NCBI RefSeq assembly: GCF_001447785.1
Contig: NW_015165239.1
Span: 251,735 to 315,719 of the forward strand
DNA from: Gekko japonicus
Lineage: Eukaryota
DNA length: 63,985 bases
Reading direction: 5' to 3'
The notes beneath the pieces were generated by a model. It worked only from the letters and a program-made list of their open reading frames with translations. It had not been told where the DNA came from and did no database searches. This document shows, piece after piece, positions 13,587 to 26,554 of this stretch; the stretch's first letter is position 1, and each line of letters starts with the position of its first letter. The translations under genes and the position numbers were made by a program.

Positions 13587-15820
13587 TTAAATATTTAGAT
13601 ATTTATCAACAATTCTAGTTTCATAAAAAGACTGTAAAAAGATATACAATATATTTGTTTTAGATATTCCAGAGTAGATTAACAATCTTTTCCCCCCCTT
13701 TCTGTGTCTCAATTGATAGCTTTGTTTCGGGGCAGCAGCCCCCAATTTAGAGTCAGAGTCTTCTTCAGAAGATCCAGCCTCTCCTTCTTCTTGCTTTTCT
13801 TTGGCAGCATCGGTTGCACCTTCTCCTGCTGGGCTGCTATGTTGATGCAAAAACTCACAAGCCTTTTCAACACAGTCAATCCTTTCTTTTCCATTTGTAT
13901 ATCTAAAGATTAATCCCTTGGGTGTTAGCCATCTGCAGCAGACATTGTGCTTTTGTAGAAATAAAACCAAGTCTCTGTATTTCCTTCTTTTCCTTCTTAT
14001 CTCAAATGGAATTTCTTTCAGTACTCTTATGTCTTTGTCTTTTATGTTCAAGGTCGCTCCATTAGATGCTTTCAATAGTTGATCTCTCACTTTTCTTCGG
14101 GAGAATCTTATTGTAACTTCCCCTGGCAGATTATTCTGTCTGATAAATTCTGTATACGATCTATAGACCATATCAATTTTGCTTTGAAGTTAATCCGATG
14201 TCATCTCTGCCAAGGGAGCTAATACATCGCCAACAATCTGTCTCAGATTCTCCCCTTTCTCTTCTTGGACACCTTGAAGTCTCGAGACATAGCTTGCCCT
14301 TTCCATTTGCAGCTGTAATACTCAAGATTCTTTGATTTGGCATTTCCCCCCCAAAGCCTGTAGTTTTTTATTCATCTTTCTTGCATTGGGATCAATCCCT
14401 TTGTGACGGGAAGGACGCGGAGAAACAGAGCGGCTCGGCGTCCTTCCAGCCTGTGTCCCATCCCGAGGGTGACTGGCAGTGAGGCCAGGATTAGAAACCN
14501 NNNNNNNNNNNNNNNNNNNNNNNNNNNNNNNNNNNNNNNNNNNNNNNNNNNNNNNNNNNNNNNNNNNNNNNNNNNNNNNNNNNNNNNNNNNNNNNNNNNN
14601 NNNNNNNNNNNNNNNNNNNNNNNNNNNNNNNNNNNNNNNNNNNNNNNNNNNNNNNNNNNNNNNNNNNNNNNNNNNNNNNNNNNNNNNNNNNNNNNNNNNN
14701 NNNNNNNNNNNNNNNNNNNNNNNNNNNNNNNNNNNNNNNNNNNNNNNNNNNNNNNNNNNNNNNNNNNNNNNNNNNNNNNNNNNNNNNNNNNNNNNNNNNN
14801 NNNNNNNNNNNNNNNNNNNNNNNNNNNNNNNNNNNNNNNNNNNNNNNNNNNNNNNNNNNNNNNNNNNNNNNNNNNNNNNNNNNNNNNNNNNNNNNNNNNN
14901 NNNNNNNNNNNNNNNNNNNNNNNNNNNNNNNNNNNNNNNNNNNNNNNNNNNNNNNNNNNNNNNNNNNNNNNNNNNNNNNNNNNNNNNNNNNNNNNNNNNN
15001 NNNNNNNNNNNNNNNNNNNNNNNNNNNNNNNNNNNNNNNNNNNNNNNNNNNNNNNNNNNNNNNNNNNNNNNNNNNNNNNNNNNNNNNNNNNNNNNNNNNN
15101 NNNNNNNNNNNNNNNNNNNNNNNNNNNNNNNNNNNNNNNNNNNNNNNNNNNNNNNNNNNNNNNNNNNNNNNNNNNNNNNNNNNNNNNNNNNNNNNNNNNN
15201 NNNNNNNNNNNNNNNNNNNNNNNNNNNNNNNNNNNNNNNNNNNNNNNNNNNNNNNNNNNNNNNNNNNNNNNNNNNNNNNNNNNNNNNNNNNNNNNNNNNN
15301 NNNNNNNNNNNNNNNNNNGATAAATTCTGTATACGATCTATAGACCATATCAATTTTGCTTTGAAGTTAATCCGATGTCATCTCTGCCAAGGGAGCTAAT
15401 ACATCGCCAACAATCTGTCTCAGATTCTCCCCTTTCTCTTCTTGGACACCTTGAAGTCTCGAGACATAGCTTGCCCTTTCCATTTGCAGCTGTAATACTC
15501 AAGATTCTTTGATTTGGCATTCCCCCCCCCAAAGCCTGTAGTTTTTTATTCATCTTTTTTGCGTTGGGATCAATCCCTTTAAGTTCTTGCTCAGTTTTTT
15601 CAATTTTCTGTGTATTCACAGCCATTTGTGCTTGTTGTGTATCGAGTTTATTGTCTATTGTTGTAATTTTCTCTAGTAGGGGGTGAAGTGCCTCCAACAA
15701 CAACCTTTGGAGTTCCGCAGTTGAGTCCTGTCTAGGCACAAAACTCACAGGGCTGGAACTTCCGGGAAGAAGCTTTGTTTTCGCTAGTTTGTCTCTCTGA
15801 TCCTTCACAGGTGGCGCCAT
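13587..15820 (-). pseudogene. L1 ORF1-like protein (coiled coil + RRM + CTD), disrupted
   Basis: MAPPVK...coiled-coil (LEKITTIDNKLDTQQ...), RLQGVQEEKGENL, MVYRSY...EVTIRFSRRKVRDQLL, EIRRKRRKY...LQKHNVCCRWLTPKGLIF. Contains a frameshift in a G-run, stop codons, a gap and a duplicated segment. Confidence 0.8.
14500..15318. other. Assembly gap (819 N) flanked by a near-identical 261/262-bp duplication
   Basis: 14142-14402 is nearly identical to 15319-15580. Confidence 0.95.
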
Positions 15821-18089
15821 GTTTGAGAGTTGTTTACTTTTATTAAAAGTTTGTCTGGAAGTTCTTATATCACGCGGTAAGCTCTTACAGTCTCTTTATT
15901 TTAATCCATTCACTTTTTGTAGTGCCCCCCCTTTTCTAGCTTAAAATTGCTTGTAAACAGTTCTTAATGGAGGAGAATCCCCTCCCCCCTCATTTTCTTT
16001 TGGGAGGGCCGTGCAGTTTTTCGTTGTTCTCGCTTGTACTTAAACTCACATTTTCAACGATTGTTCGCTTGTGTCTAAAAGCGCTTGATCACCAAACGCT
16101 TGCTCTGGTGTGCTGTTCTTGTTCCCATACAGGATGCTCCACAGCGGGACCATCGGGGCTTGGAGTAGCCCCCCCTTACCAGCTTATCTTGCCAGAGGAG
16201 GGCTCTCTAGCACCCCATGGCTTGGAGCCCATCACTCGGGCTCCTGGGGTGGCGCGGCCGACGATCGCGCCCCCCCCCAGCCGTGGGCGCTGGCAGGCTT
16301 CTCCCAGAAATCCGGGGGAAAGCAACTGCCATCGCAACAACCGAGACCAAAAATCCCAATAATACACTTTCAATCCACTTTCAATGCACTTTCAAATTGG
16401 ATTTTTATTGTGTGAACGGGCAAAATCCATTTTGAAAGTGCATTGAAAGTCAATTATTTAGTGTGTATGATTGTAGCCTCAGAGTGGTTTACAATCTTCT
16501 TTCCTTTCCCCTCCCCACAACAGACACCCTGTGAGGTAGGTGGGGCTGAGAGACCTCTCTCGAGAACTGCCATTGAAAGAACAGCTCTGAAAGAACTTGT
16601 AAATGACCCAAGGTCACACCAGCAGCTGCATGTGGAGGAGTGGGGAATCAAACCCGGTTCTCCCAGATTAGAGTCTGCACTTCTAACTGCTACACCAAAC
16701 TGGCAGCAAAATGTGGAGAAACCATGATGATGGTTGTGCAATGTCCCCTGCCTTCTCCTCCTGCTCCAAGAGGAATTAGTTACAAACAACCCTTGAAAGA
16801 AAGAGGGGCTCAATGTCAGTTGATGGAGCAGAAGTATGTGGTGGTGGTGACTTTCATCTTTCTTCATAATACGTAAAATTGTACATGTAAGCTACCCTGA
16901 GCCTTGGGGACAAAGGGTAATATAAATGAATAAAATGTTCCAAGCCTGTAATATAAGGCTGATGTTGCATCCTGAGCTATTGACATTTCCGGTAATGTTT
17001 CTGTTTCAGAGCCTTTGATGTTGCCCTTAATAGAACCAGTCACCTTTGTTCTATGTCACTGTTTTTTCTAAGATGTCATTGTCTTCTAGAGTTCACTTTG
17101 AAGGACTGTGACTCTATTGGTTGTACTTCGTGTGCTTCCTCCCCTTTCTGCTTTTTGGGGGAGTGCCTTTTCCAATATTAGTGTGGTGCTTTTCCTGGTT
17201 TCAGTATTTTTCCATGCACTTTCCAAAGCTTAGCAGGAGAGGTTGTGATAGGTCAGCTGCCAGTGTGGATATGGGTGGCATGCTTTTGATTTGTAAGTAA
17301 GTAAATTATTTACACAGGGCATTTTTGCCTGTTTTTATGGTTGTATATAAGACCTCAAATTCTGCATTTCCTTCAGCTGAGTTATTACTGCAGTAGCCCC
17401 ATATATGTTGTCTAAAAGAATGAATGTGTGAAAAAACATTGTTATAACAGGGATTCCCTTGTATATGGGCTTTTGCTAATAATACTGTAAGAGTTCAGTA
17501 CTCCACAAAATTACCACAATCATAATAATTTAAATTATTATTTAAGTGCATTTATATATGTTGAAATGCGTGAATAAGTTTGATATACCCTGCAGATCAT
17601 TTTATTTGGGTAGTAATTATGAATGAAAAATCCCTAGAGAACTCTGAAATATTCACATTGATTAAAATTAATACTAACTATTGGAGAGGGGGGTCCCATT
17701 CGTGAAGAAGGCACTTAAATACTTACTTAAGGACAGCTAGAGCTTTTCAAAAGTCTTTTCAATTTGAATAAACTTATTTTTTTATGTTGCCTACCTGCTT
17801 CAACTTGGTTTTTCTTTGCTGTTCAAGTATGTGAATCCAGCCTAACTAAAAGTACTCAGTCTGGCCATTTCTAGGATAGACAATAATTCCAGAAGGATAG
17901 ATATTGTACTTATGATGTGGTGCCACTACTTTGCCATCAGGGATCTTACAAAGCACAATCCCATAGCCAAGAAAACTTAATGGCAGCCCTACAGTCTAAG
18001 CCACCATCAAATGACAAAAATTATTGCAAGTCCCCAAAAGGTTGCTGTGTTTGTATGCAGCAGTATAAATAATGAGTCTTGAAAATGAA

Positions 18090-18875
18090 TACAGTAAATA
18101 TAAGAACATAATAAAACCAAGAATTCACTCAACATCCTTTTCCCAAGAGTGGCTAGCCAGATGCTTCTGAGAAGATCACAGGCTGTCTCCTGTTGTTTGT
18201 CCTCCTCAGCAGCTGGTATTCAGTGGTGTACAGCTTCTGAATGTGGAGGTTCCTATTTATGTATCATAGCCATTGACAGGACTATCATGGCTTAAAGTTC
18301 TATATTCTAAGCCAGTGGCCATCCTGACATCTTGTGGTAGAGAAATTCTGTAAGTAACAGGACTATCATGGCTTGAAGTTCTATATTTTGTGCATTTGAC
18401 CTATACCATCTAAGCCAGTGGCCATCCTGCCATCTTGTGGTAGAGAAATTCTGTAAGTAAACTGTGTACTGAATGAAAACTACTTGCTTGTCCTGTTTGA
18501 ATCTATCACCAGTCAACTTTGTTGTGGGATTCAATACAATAGTGTTATGAAAGATAGAAAGAGATGAATTAATGAGAACCAGTTCAGTGTGTACATGTAA
18601 GTTTTTTGCCGTAACGTTTTTTGCGTTACTTTGTTCTTGTGGTTTTACCATCCTGAGCAATTTGGTACTCTCATCTCTGGCTCAAGATCATTTATGCATG
18701 TTAACAGTATCACTTCCAATTTAGATACTTGTGGTGTTCTATAGAGAGAACTGTTTATTTACTTCTAACTTATCCTTCCTGTCCATTAGTCAAATAGGAA
18801 TCCGTAAGAGGACCCATCCTTCTATCCCATGGCTGCTACATTTTCTCAGAAGTCTTTGGTAAAGGACTTTGTCAT
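18090..18875 (-). mobile_element. Old CR1-like LINE fragment
   Basis: Begins with ATAAGAACATAA (reverse complement of a CR1-like tail); degenerate resemblance to the CR1 at 31000-32200. Confidence 0.45.
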
Positions 18876-18984
18876 CCCCCCCCTTTTGCAATGTAGATCA
18901 TGTTTGCCCTGACTTGAATGGCCCAGGCTAGCCTGATCTTGTCATGTCAAAGCTCCCCCCCCTTTTGCAATGTAGATCATGTTT

Positions 18985-19200
18985 GCCCTGACTTGAATGG
19001 CCCAGGCTAGCCTGATCCTGTCAGTTCCAAAAGCAAAACAGGGCTGGCCGTGGTTAGTATTTGGATAGGAGACCACCAAGGAAGTCCAGGGTCAGTACGC
19101 AGAGGCAGGCAATAGCAGACCACTTCTGAATGTCTCTCATCTTGAGAACCCTACAGGGTCACCGTACGTTGGCTGTGACTTGACAGCACATTCCACCACC
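18985..19200 (+). mobile_element. 5S rRNA-derived SINE
   Basis: Head resembles 5S rRNA (GCCTGATCCTGTC...TGGTTAGTATTTGGATAGGAGACC) followed by a non-5S tail; the head is locally tandem-duplicated from ~18875. Confidence 0.7.
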
Positions 19201-19819
19201 AGATAATGTTTACTGGATCTTTCTATTCCCATGTTAAACACTCCCAAAGAATTTCAAAAGCTTAATGAGCCAGGTGTTCTCTTTGTTTGTTTAAATACTT
19301 TTTAATCTTGCATTTCCCATCCTAAAAGGGCCCAAGAAAAATTTGTAGAAGCCATGTAGATCCTTCCTTGGCAAGACTTATTCTTACATTATTAAAGCTA
19401 AATTTTAAATATAGATTATTAAAGTGCTGAAGTGGTTGGGTTTGCTTGAAAGTGTTGTTGTACAGTGCTGACTCAGTGTTCCTGGACTGGTTGTCCCCAT
19501 GAATTTGCAAGAGAAACAGACAGGAAGCAGATCTGGAAATTGCTTTTGGAGAGAGCTTAGAGGCGTTTGTAGGAGAGCTTGGTCAGTTCTAGAATGTAGC
19601 ACTTTAAACCTAGATATATCTCCATATTTCCCCTTAATATCCTTGGCAAACAATTTGTAGATCAAGAAAGATAAAGAGCTGCCAGCTAACTTTTTTTTGG
19701 CAAGTCTAGATTCTACCTTTCTCTGATGAAAATGGAGTGTCCAGAGATAGACTTCTTTAATTTCCTTTTCCCATGGGTTGGTTGCTTTGGAGGAAATAAA
19801 ACATTGATATGCCTTTTTG

Positions 19820-20098
19820 TAACTGCTGCATGATGGAGTGAGCTCCCATCTCTAAATCCAGCTCCTGCCAACCTAGGAGTTTGAAAGCAAGAAATTGCAA
19901 GTAGATAAATAGGTACCACTTCGGTGGGAAGGTAACAGCATTCCGTGCGCCTTGGTGTTTAGTCATGCCGCCCACATGACCACGGAAACATCTTCGGACA
20001 GCGCTGGCTCTTCGGCTTTGAAACGGAGATGAGCACCGCAACCCTAGAGTCGGATTCGACTGGCTTTCGAGCAAGGGAAACCTTTACCTTTACCTTTA
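19820..20098 (+). mobile_element. Sauria SINE (Squam1-like) 3' portion
   Basis: AAGTAGATAAATAGGTACC...GAGATGAGCACC...TAGAGTCGGA and an (ACCTTT)n tail. Confidence 0.75.
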
Positions 20099-20990
20099 CT
20101 ATTTATATATAAAACAATATGACTGTTTACTGTACATTTGGCATGCTGCTGTAACACATTTTGAGAAGATAAACCTTTTGGAGTTATGGGATGTTTCCTA
20201 TACAATGTAAAGGTGCTTTTGTGATTATTTGATCTTGGTGGGGGAAGGGGTCTAATCAGGACAATATTCTTACTGTTACAGCCTAAAGGTTTCTTTGAAA
20301 ATAGTATGAGGCAAAATGCCATTCTTACTAGTGATCTGCATGAAACAGATATCCTCTAGCTGGGATCCCACCTAGAGTTCCATAGGCTCACAGAAGGTGG
20401 GACAATTTTTGCTGATCCCTCTTTTCTGGGAGACCTCTAATTCACTCCTTAAGCTATTCATGGGCCCCTGTCCCTCAAGAGTGGAATCTCAGGGGGCATT
20501 TGGGCTGCTGTGAGAGAGGGGGAATCAGCTAAAATCAGAGATCCAACCCTCTGTGTGGCATATTTTAGTCTCATATTTATCATATAACTTTTCATAGTGC
20601 AGGATAAACATGCTCCATTGATTATTATATTTTCAGAAACCTTTGTAACTTTTCATTATCCTGTAGCATATTGATTAAAAGGTGAAAGGAATCTTGAAGT
20701 TTCTAGACAGAGGAGCTGTTACTACCAGTTTTTATCACAGATACATAAATTCTATATTTGTACATATATTATGCAAATTGGGTTATATGACACAGAGTGA
20801 GAATCACGTTGTTATGGCAACAGGAAAAGGCACATTTATCTGAGAACAGTAGGTTGTTAAAATTTGAACTTCAGTGAAAATCCATCGTAGACAGAGTACA
20901 GGTAAATTTATGTTGTAAAAGGTATCACATCCACAAGTGAGAACAATTTAAAGTTTGAAGGAATTTGTGTTGGGGTTTTATGATATAGCA

Positions 20991-21205
20991 GCCTAAATAG
21001 CCCAGCTTAGCCTGAGCTTGTAAGAGCTTGGAAGTTAAGTGGGGTCAGCCATAGTTAATACTTGGATGGGAGACCATCAAAAAAGACTGGGTTCACTATG
21101 CAGAAGAAGGCAATGGTAAACCTCCTTTGCTAATCTCTTGCCTTGAAAACCCCATGGCGCTGACCTGGGGCCGGCATGACACAGTTGCAACTCAATAACT
21201 TCAAT
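20991..21205 (+). mobile_element. 5S rRNA-derived SINE
   Basis: GTTAATACTTGGATGGGAGACC box C-like motif; tail similar to that of 18985-19200. Confidence 0.6.
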
Positions 21206-22127
21206 ATTACCAAGCTGCTGGGCTAGTTTGGATATTGGATTGGATAAGAAATCCCAATGAAAGACTGATAAAATTAGAATCTTCAAATCTCAATGATGAA
21301 TTATATAGTTATCTGTGGATTAAAAATCTGTATCAAAAAACATAACCCAAGATAAAAGATATAGAAATAGTTTATTTAAAATTTGGGAAATGCTATGAAA
21401 GAGCATCAGCTCCACAATCCCTCCAGTAATGTCACTGATAGATGCGTACCACAACAATCACATGAGGAGAAACAATGATTTTATAATTTATGGCGATATG
21501 ATAAACTCACAAGGTGTGATTAAGATGTGGCAAGAGATCAAAGAAGGAGGAAAGAAGATATGATGGTGGATATATTTTCAAATTGCTTCCAAACTAAAAA
21601 AATGATATCTGTACCAACAGAGATGTTATTAAAAAACTGACTGATTTTTGAAAATATTGTTTCACAAGTTAAAGATCATTTATTAGAACAAATTTACAAG
21701 TTACTACTTCAATATGATTCTGAAGAACAGGTTAAACCCTGTATGATTAAATGGATGCAAAGCTTTGGTGAGGAAATTCAGTTTCAATTCTGGGAAAACC
21801 AAATTAAGGATATTAGATTTCCTAAGGATATTAATTAGGATATGATATTAAGACTAAGGATATTAGGACTAAGGATATTAGATTTACTGCTAGCAAAGCA
21901 TTAAGAGAAAACTGGTTCAAGATGTTCTACCAGTGGTATGTTACCGCAAAAGATATAGAAGAGATGGACAAAAACTACAAAAGATCTTGCTGAAAATGTA
22001 AAGGAGTAGAAGGCACTTTTTATCATATGTGGTAGACCTGCATCAAGACAAAAAGATACTGGAAAAATGTACATGAAGAGATGCAAAATATTTTTAAAAC
22101 CAAATTCCTGATGAAACCAGAGACTAT

Positions 22128-22677
22128 GGTCATGGTTACATGTGCAAGATAAAGCGTGGGGGGGGGAAGTGAGGCTATTTCCTCCGGAGGAATTTGACCC
22201 ACAGTTGTGTGATCACACAGTCCTTGGAAGCTGCGGGCACAGCCTGCCATTACATGATCAGATGTAACTGTGGGTAAGTTGGAGTGGGTTTTTTGCCATT
22301 TGTTTCCAACGCACTTCAACAAGGGATCGATGAATCGCGTCGCTGCACTGAGGGCTCCCTATGGAGTTTGCAATGATGCGCATACCAAGAAGGGGAAAAA
22401 AAACAATGGCATGGAGTTGGGATGGCCTGATCAGACCATCCCGACACCATGAGAGCGAGCTGGAGCGATCAGACAGGGGAAAGTCTGCCCGTGGCCTGTC
22501 GCAACCCATTTACTACCGGATTTCCACAGGTGTCTTTTTACTCTGCTTCTGCGGCAGAGCAAAATGGGTTGTCAACAGCTGTGGGGTGCTTCCCAGATAT
22601 TGGTGCCTGATCGCGCCCATTAAATCCACCTGGCATTAGTGCCTATGGCGGGTCTAATTGTGCATATGATCGCAAGC
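22128..22677. mobile_element. Harbinger-like MITE
   Basis: 3-bp TSD TAT; degenerate TIRs; internal hairpin GGGATGGCCTGATCAGACCATCCC shared with 33741-34489. Confidence 0.75.
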
Positions 22678-23029
22678 TATGTTATTGGGAATCCTGCTAG
22701 ACAGTATAGAAAAAAACCTTCACATGGCCTACTTAGATATATGCTACCAGTTGCCAGAGTAACATTTACAATGAAATGGAAGACAGAAGAATGTCCTAAA
22801 ATAGAGATCTGGAAATAAAAATTAGCTGAGTATGCAACAATGGCCAAACTAACTATATAAACAAAAGACCATTGAAAGAATTTCAGCAGAAATGGCAAGC
22901 TTACTACTCATATTATGGGAATAGTTAAAGTTTTTGATTCTTGAAATTATCTGAATATTATATTAAAGGTGATGAAGATATTGATTATAGTTTTAATCTT
23001 ATTATTTAGTATTTCACTAGCATTTAAAT

Positions 23030-24112
23030 ACTTCTGCTTCACTGACTATGCTAAAGCCTTTGATTGTGTGGACAATCTGTGGTAAGTCCTTAAAGAGATG
23101 GGAGTACTGGACCACCTCACATGTCTCTTGAGAAACCTGTATAAGGGTCAAGAAGCGACATGACCGGATATGGAATAACTGATTGGTTTAGCATCGGAAA
23201 AGGAGTACAAGGATATATATTGTCCCTTTGCTTCTTTAATTTATATGCAGAGTACATCATGCGAAATGCCGACCTGCATGAATCACACGCCGGAATTAAG
23301 ATTGCTGGGGAAAAGATCAACAACCTCAGATATGCAGACGATACCACTCTAATGGCAAAAAGTGAAGAGGACCTAAAGAGCCTCTTGCTGATGGTCAAAG
23401 AGGAGAGCGCAAAAGTTGGCTTGAAACTCAACATTAAAAAAACCCTAAAATCATAGCATCTGGTCCCATGACTCCTTGGCAAATAGAGGGGAAGTCGTGG
23501 AAGCAGTGCCAGACTTCGTGTTCCTGGGATCCAAGATCACTGCAGACGGTGACTGCAGCCATGAAATTAAAAGACGCCTGCTCCTTGGGAGGAAAGTGAT
23601 AGCAAACCTAGACAGCATAATAAAAAGTAGAGACATCACCCTGCCAACAAAAGTCCATATGGTTAAAGCAATGGTATTCCCAGTAGTCATGTATGGCTGC
23701 GAGAGTTGGACTATAAGGAAGACCAAGCACCAAAGAATAGATTCTTTTGAACTATGGTGCTGGAGAAGACTCTTAAGAGTCCCTTGGACTGCAAGGAGAT
23801 CAAATCAGTCAATCCTAAAAGAAATCAGCCCTGACTTTCCCCTGGAAGACCAGATACTGAAACTGAAGCTCAAATACTTTGGCCACCAAATGAGAAGGGA
23901 GCACTCACTGGAGAAGACCCTGATGCTGGGAAAGATTGAAGGTCAAAGAAGACGGGGACAGCAAAGGATGAGATGGTTAGACAGTGTTATCGATGCGATG
24001 AACATGAAATTAAACAAACTCTGGAGCACGACAGAAAACAGGACGGCCTGGCATGATGTGGTCCATGAGTTTACAAAGCGTCGAACTCGACTGTGCGACT
24101 GAACAACAACAA
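23030..24112 (+). mobile_element. RTE-BovB LINE, 5'-truncated
   Basis: INNLRYADDTTLMA, FLGSKITADGDCSHEIKRRLLLG, VVMYGCESWT, LKLKLKYFGH; (CAA)n tail. Confidence 0.95.
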
Positions 24113-24199
24113 GAATAAGACCTAGAATTTGACAAATGATTAAGATAATATCCAGGTTTTAAGGATGGTTTAGACTTAGTGCAGAAATTTGTTTAATTA

Positions 24200-24324
24200 T
24201 TAAAGATGGCTCTAGAGCAAACTAATTTCTGCAGTAGCCAAATCGCTCGCTCACAACTTTAATGCCAGTAGCTCACAAAGTAGAATTTTTGCTCACAAGA
24301 CTCCACAGCTTAGAGGGAACATTG
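24200..24324 (-). mobile_element. Partial hAT-like MITE (CAGTGTTCCCTCTAAGCTG family)
   Basis: Reverse complement of the 5' half of 33821-34027. Confidence 0.75.
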
Positions 24325-24452
24325 TTTGCTGTATGTAACTATTAATAATACTTGATATTTTTTGATGAATTCATATTTTCCCTTACCTCCTTTTGCTTTT
24401 TGGATCTCACTTTTCCCTGAAAAAATAAAAAAACCCTTAATCATGAAAAAAC

Positions 24453-24453
24453 A

Positions 24454-24489
<36 letters not shown>

Positions 24490-24521
24490 ACTACTACTGC
24501 TGCTACTGCTTCTCCTCCTCC
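24453..24521. repeat. (CTG)n(CTA)n(CTC)n compound microsatellite
   Basis: Seen directly; follows the L1 tail. Confidence 0.95.
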
Positions 24522-26554
24522 TCTATATGACTTTTATGCAGAACTATTTTTGGGCCCTGTACTCACCTATGTTCCCTGTTTGACATGCACTTACATCTGC
24601 ATTATTGCATGGCAGCTCCCCCCACTGCGAGCCATGTCTTTTGCATCCACAGATACTTTGGCAAGATTTCCACCTGTTCTAATTCAGTTACCTACAATTA
24701 GAACCAACGTAGTAACTTTTCACCTATTTTATCACATTTTAATCATTGGTTTGATTTGGCAAGTTAAGCAAAACTTTAAAATCAGAGAATATGGATTTGT
24801 AGAGAGACTTCAAGCTGTGGCAGTCAGAGCTTCAGAGCACAGGCTGCAGGTGTGTTTTTGTGGAGAAATGAAAAGCTGAAGAGTGAGGGGGAAATAAAGG
24901 TAGGTAGATAATTGCCTGGGAAGGAGATAGGTTTGCCAACTCCAGGTGGTAAATTCCTGGAGATTTGCGGGATGGAACCTGGAGAGGGTGAGGTTTGAGG
25001 AGGGGTGGGACCTCAGACAGGTACAATGCCATAGACTCCACCCAACCAGCCATTCCCTCCTGGGTAACAATTGTTGCCAATCTCCAGGTGAGGGCTGGAG
25101 ATCACTCAAAATTACAACTGCTCTTCAGGTGGCAGAGATCAGTTCCTCTGGAGAGAATGGTGGATTCTGTGTCAGTATACCCTGCTGAGGTCGCCACAGC
25201 ACATTGACGCTGAGTGCCCAAGGCCTTGGCACTCTCCCACAGTGTCTTTCTAGAGCTCGTTGTATTTATTTCCACAACAGACCTTATTCCTAGTATATAA
25301 ATAAAACACATTATCTGAAATATGAGGGGGATTTTTCTATAGTGTGGCAGAAAATAAAATTTATATAACATAAAAAAAAAGACTTTTTGAGCACAATCAA
25401 CAAAGGTTGGTTGCAATTAAGTCCATTGAAAACAGTGAAACTGGACATGTTAATCAGTTAATGCCCAGTTAATGCCCAGTGATGTCAATGGAATTTATTT
25501 GAGTCTAATTTTTGCTGAATTGTCCCCTTTGTCTGTAATAGAGACTGGTTCACATTCTTAGGTTAGATTCAGCTAATAAGTCCTTTCAGTGGGTATAGGT
25601 ATACTAAGTAAATTGCAAAAGCATCCACTTGATAGTGATGGTATTTAACAAGTAATTTTCCCACTTAAGCCAAATATAGCAAATCAATGGTGATTCTAGC
25701 TTTTTGTGCACCTTTATCTGTCACTTTCTCACTTTCATTTTGTATATTTGTGGTATTCCCATTGTGACTAGAGAAGTCACTTGACTACTAATGCTTAGCT
25801 GTCAATAACATAGATAAATAGGAATATTGTGGAAAATTACTGTTTTGAAATCCTTTAATATACCTGGTGTCCAAAAGGGAATAGGAACAAAGAGTCTGCA
25901 CCAGGTGCTAGTATTTAATTTTAAACAGGGTTTTTTTTGGTCAAAATCATTAATTATGGTCATCCTTTTTTAAAAAAAAACAACCCTGTCCTTTTTGAAG
26001 ATAGATTGATATATGCTTCGGAGTTAATCTACCGTAGTTTTTATATTGAGCACCTTTTCCTTTAGAACAATAACAGCCATCCTTTTGCAAGCAATTCACT
26101 TGAGATAATGAAGGTAGTGTAAATACCGGCTGCTGCTGTTCACACACATCTCAATGTGCCAATGGCAGATGAATATTGTGCAAACAAATAGATTTCCCCA
26201 ATGTGCTTATTGTGGCCTAGTCTATGTGTCAGTTTATCTTTGCATCCATCTGGTGGTTTAAGGGATGAGTCACTGTACCACTAAACAGAAATGCAAAGTG
26301 TTACCAAATGATCACAATCTGATTTGCTGTTGTTCAGGTTAGTATTGTTCCACATTAATACCAGACTGTAGTGCTGCGGCCCGAGGGAGGCCTGAGGAGG
26401 CCCATCGCCAGTCTCCCGGGGCCCGCACTGGAGCGCTGCAGCCTGTGGGAGGCCTGAGGAGGCCTGTCACCGGCCTCCCAGGCCTGCGTCAGAGTGCTGT
26501 GGCCTGGGAAAGGCCTTGATCATGGTGTGGTGGTGGTGGTGGGTGAGCCTCCCT

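Larger units (their letters stand above)
13404..16356 (-). mobile_element. ORF1-only L1 derivative (HAL1-like), apparently full length
   Basis: 14-bp TSD CAATAATACACTTT (13390-13403 / 16357-16370); GC-rich 5'UTR; ORF1 from ATG 15820; short 3' region with AATAAA (13435-13430) and an A-tail; no ORF2 in the sequenced part. Confidence 0.8.
13371..16478. mobile_element. Palindromic Harbinger-like MITE split by the L1-like insertion (13371-13403 + 16357-16478)
   Basis: TIR GGCTGCAATCACAC...GTATGATTGTAGCC; 3-bp TSD TCA; an intact sibling lies at 43575-43714. Confidence 0.8.
13309..16704 (-). mobile_element. Squam3-like SINE split by nested insertions (13309-13370 + 16479-16704)
   Basis: (GAA)n tail and GATTGGATTTACACCCTGCCC...GAGTCTCA on the left continue as TCAGAGTGGTTTACAATC...ACACCAAACTGGC on the right; TCA is duplicated at the junctions. 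Confidence 0.8.
21212..24435 (+). mobile_element. Degraded L1 ORF2 3' part and 3' end, interrupted by a MITE, a BovB and a hAT fragment
   Basis: LRENWFKMFYQWY, GTFYHMW..C motifs; ETMLLG is restored after removing the MITE; AATAAA/A-rich end near 24425. Confidence 0.7.

Noticed and set aside
14322-15399. Four ORFs of about 300 aa
   Set aside because: They run through the N gap.
24362-24583. Poly-leucine ORF
   Set aside because: Microsatellite translation.
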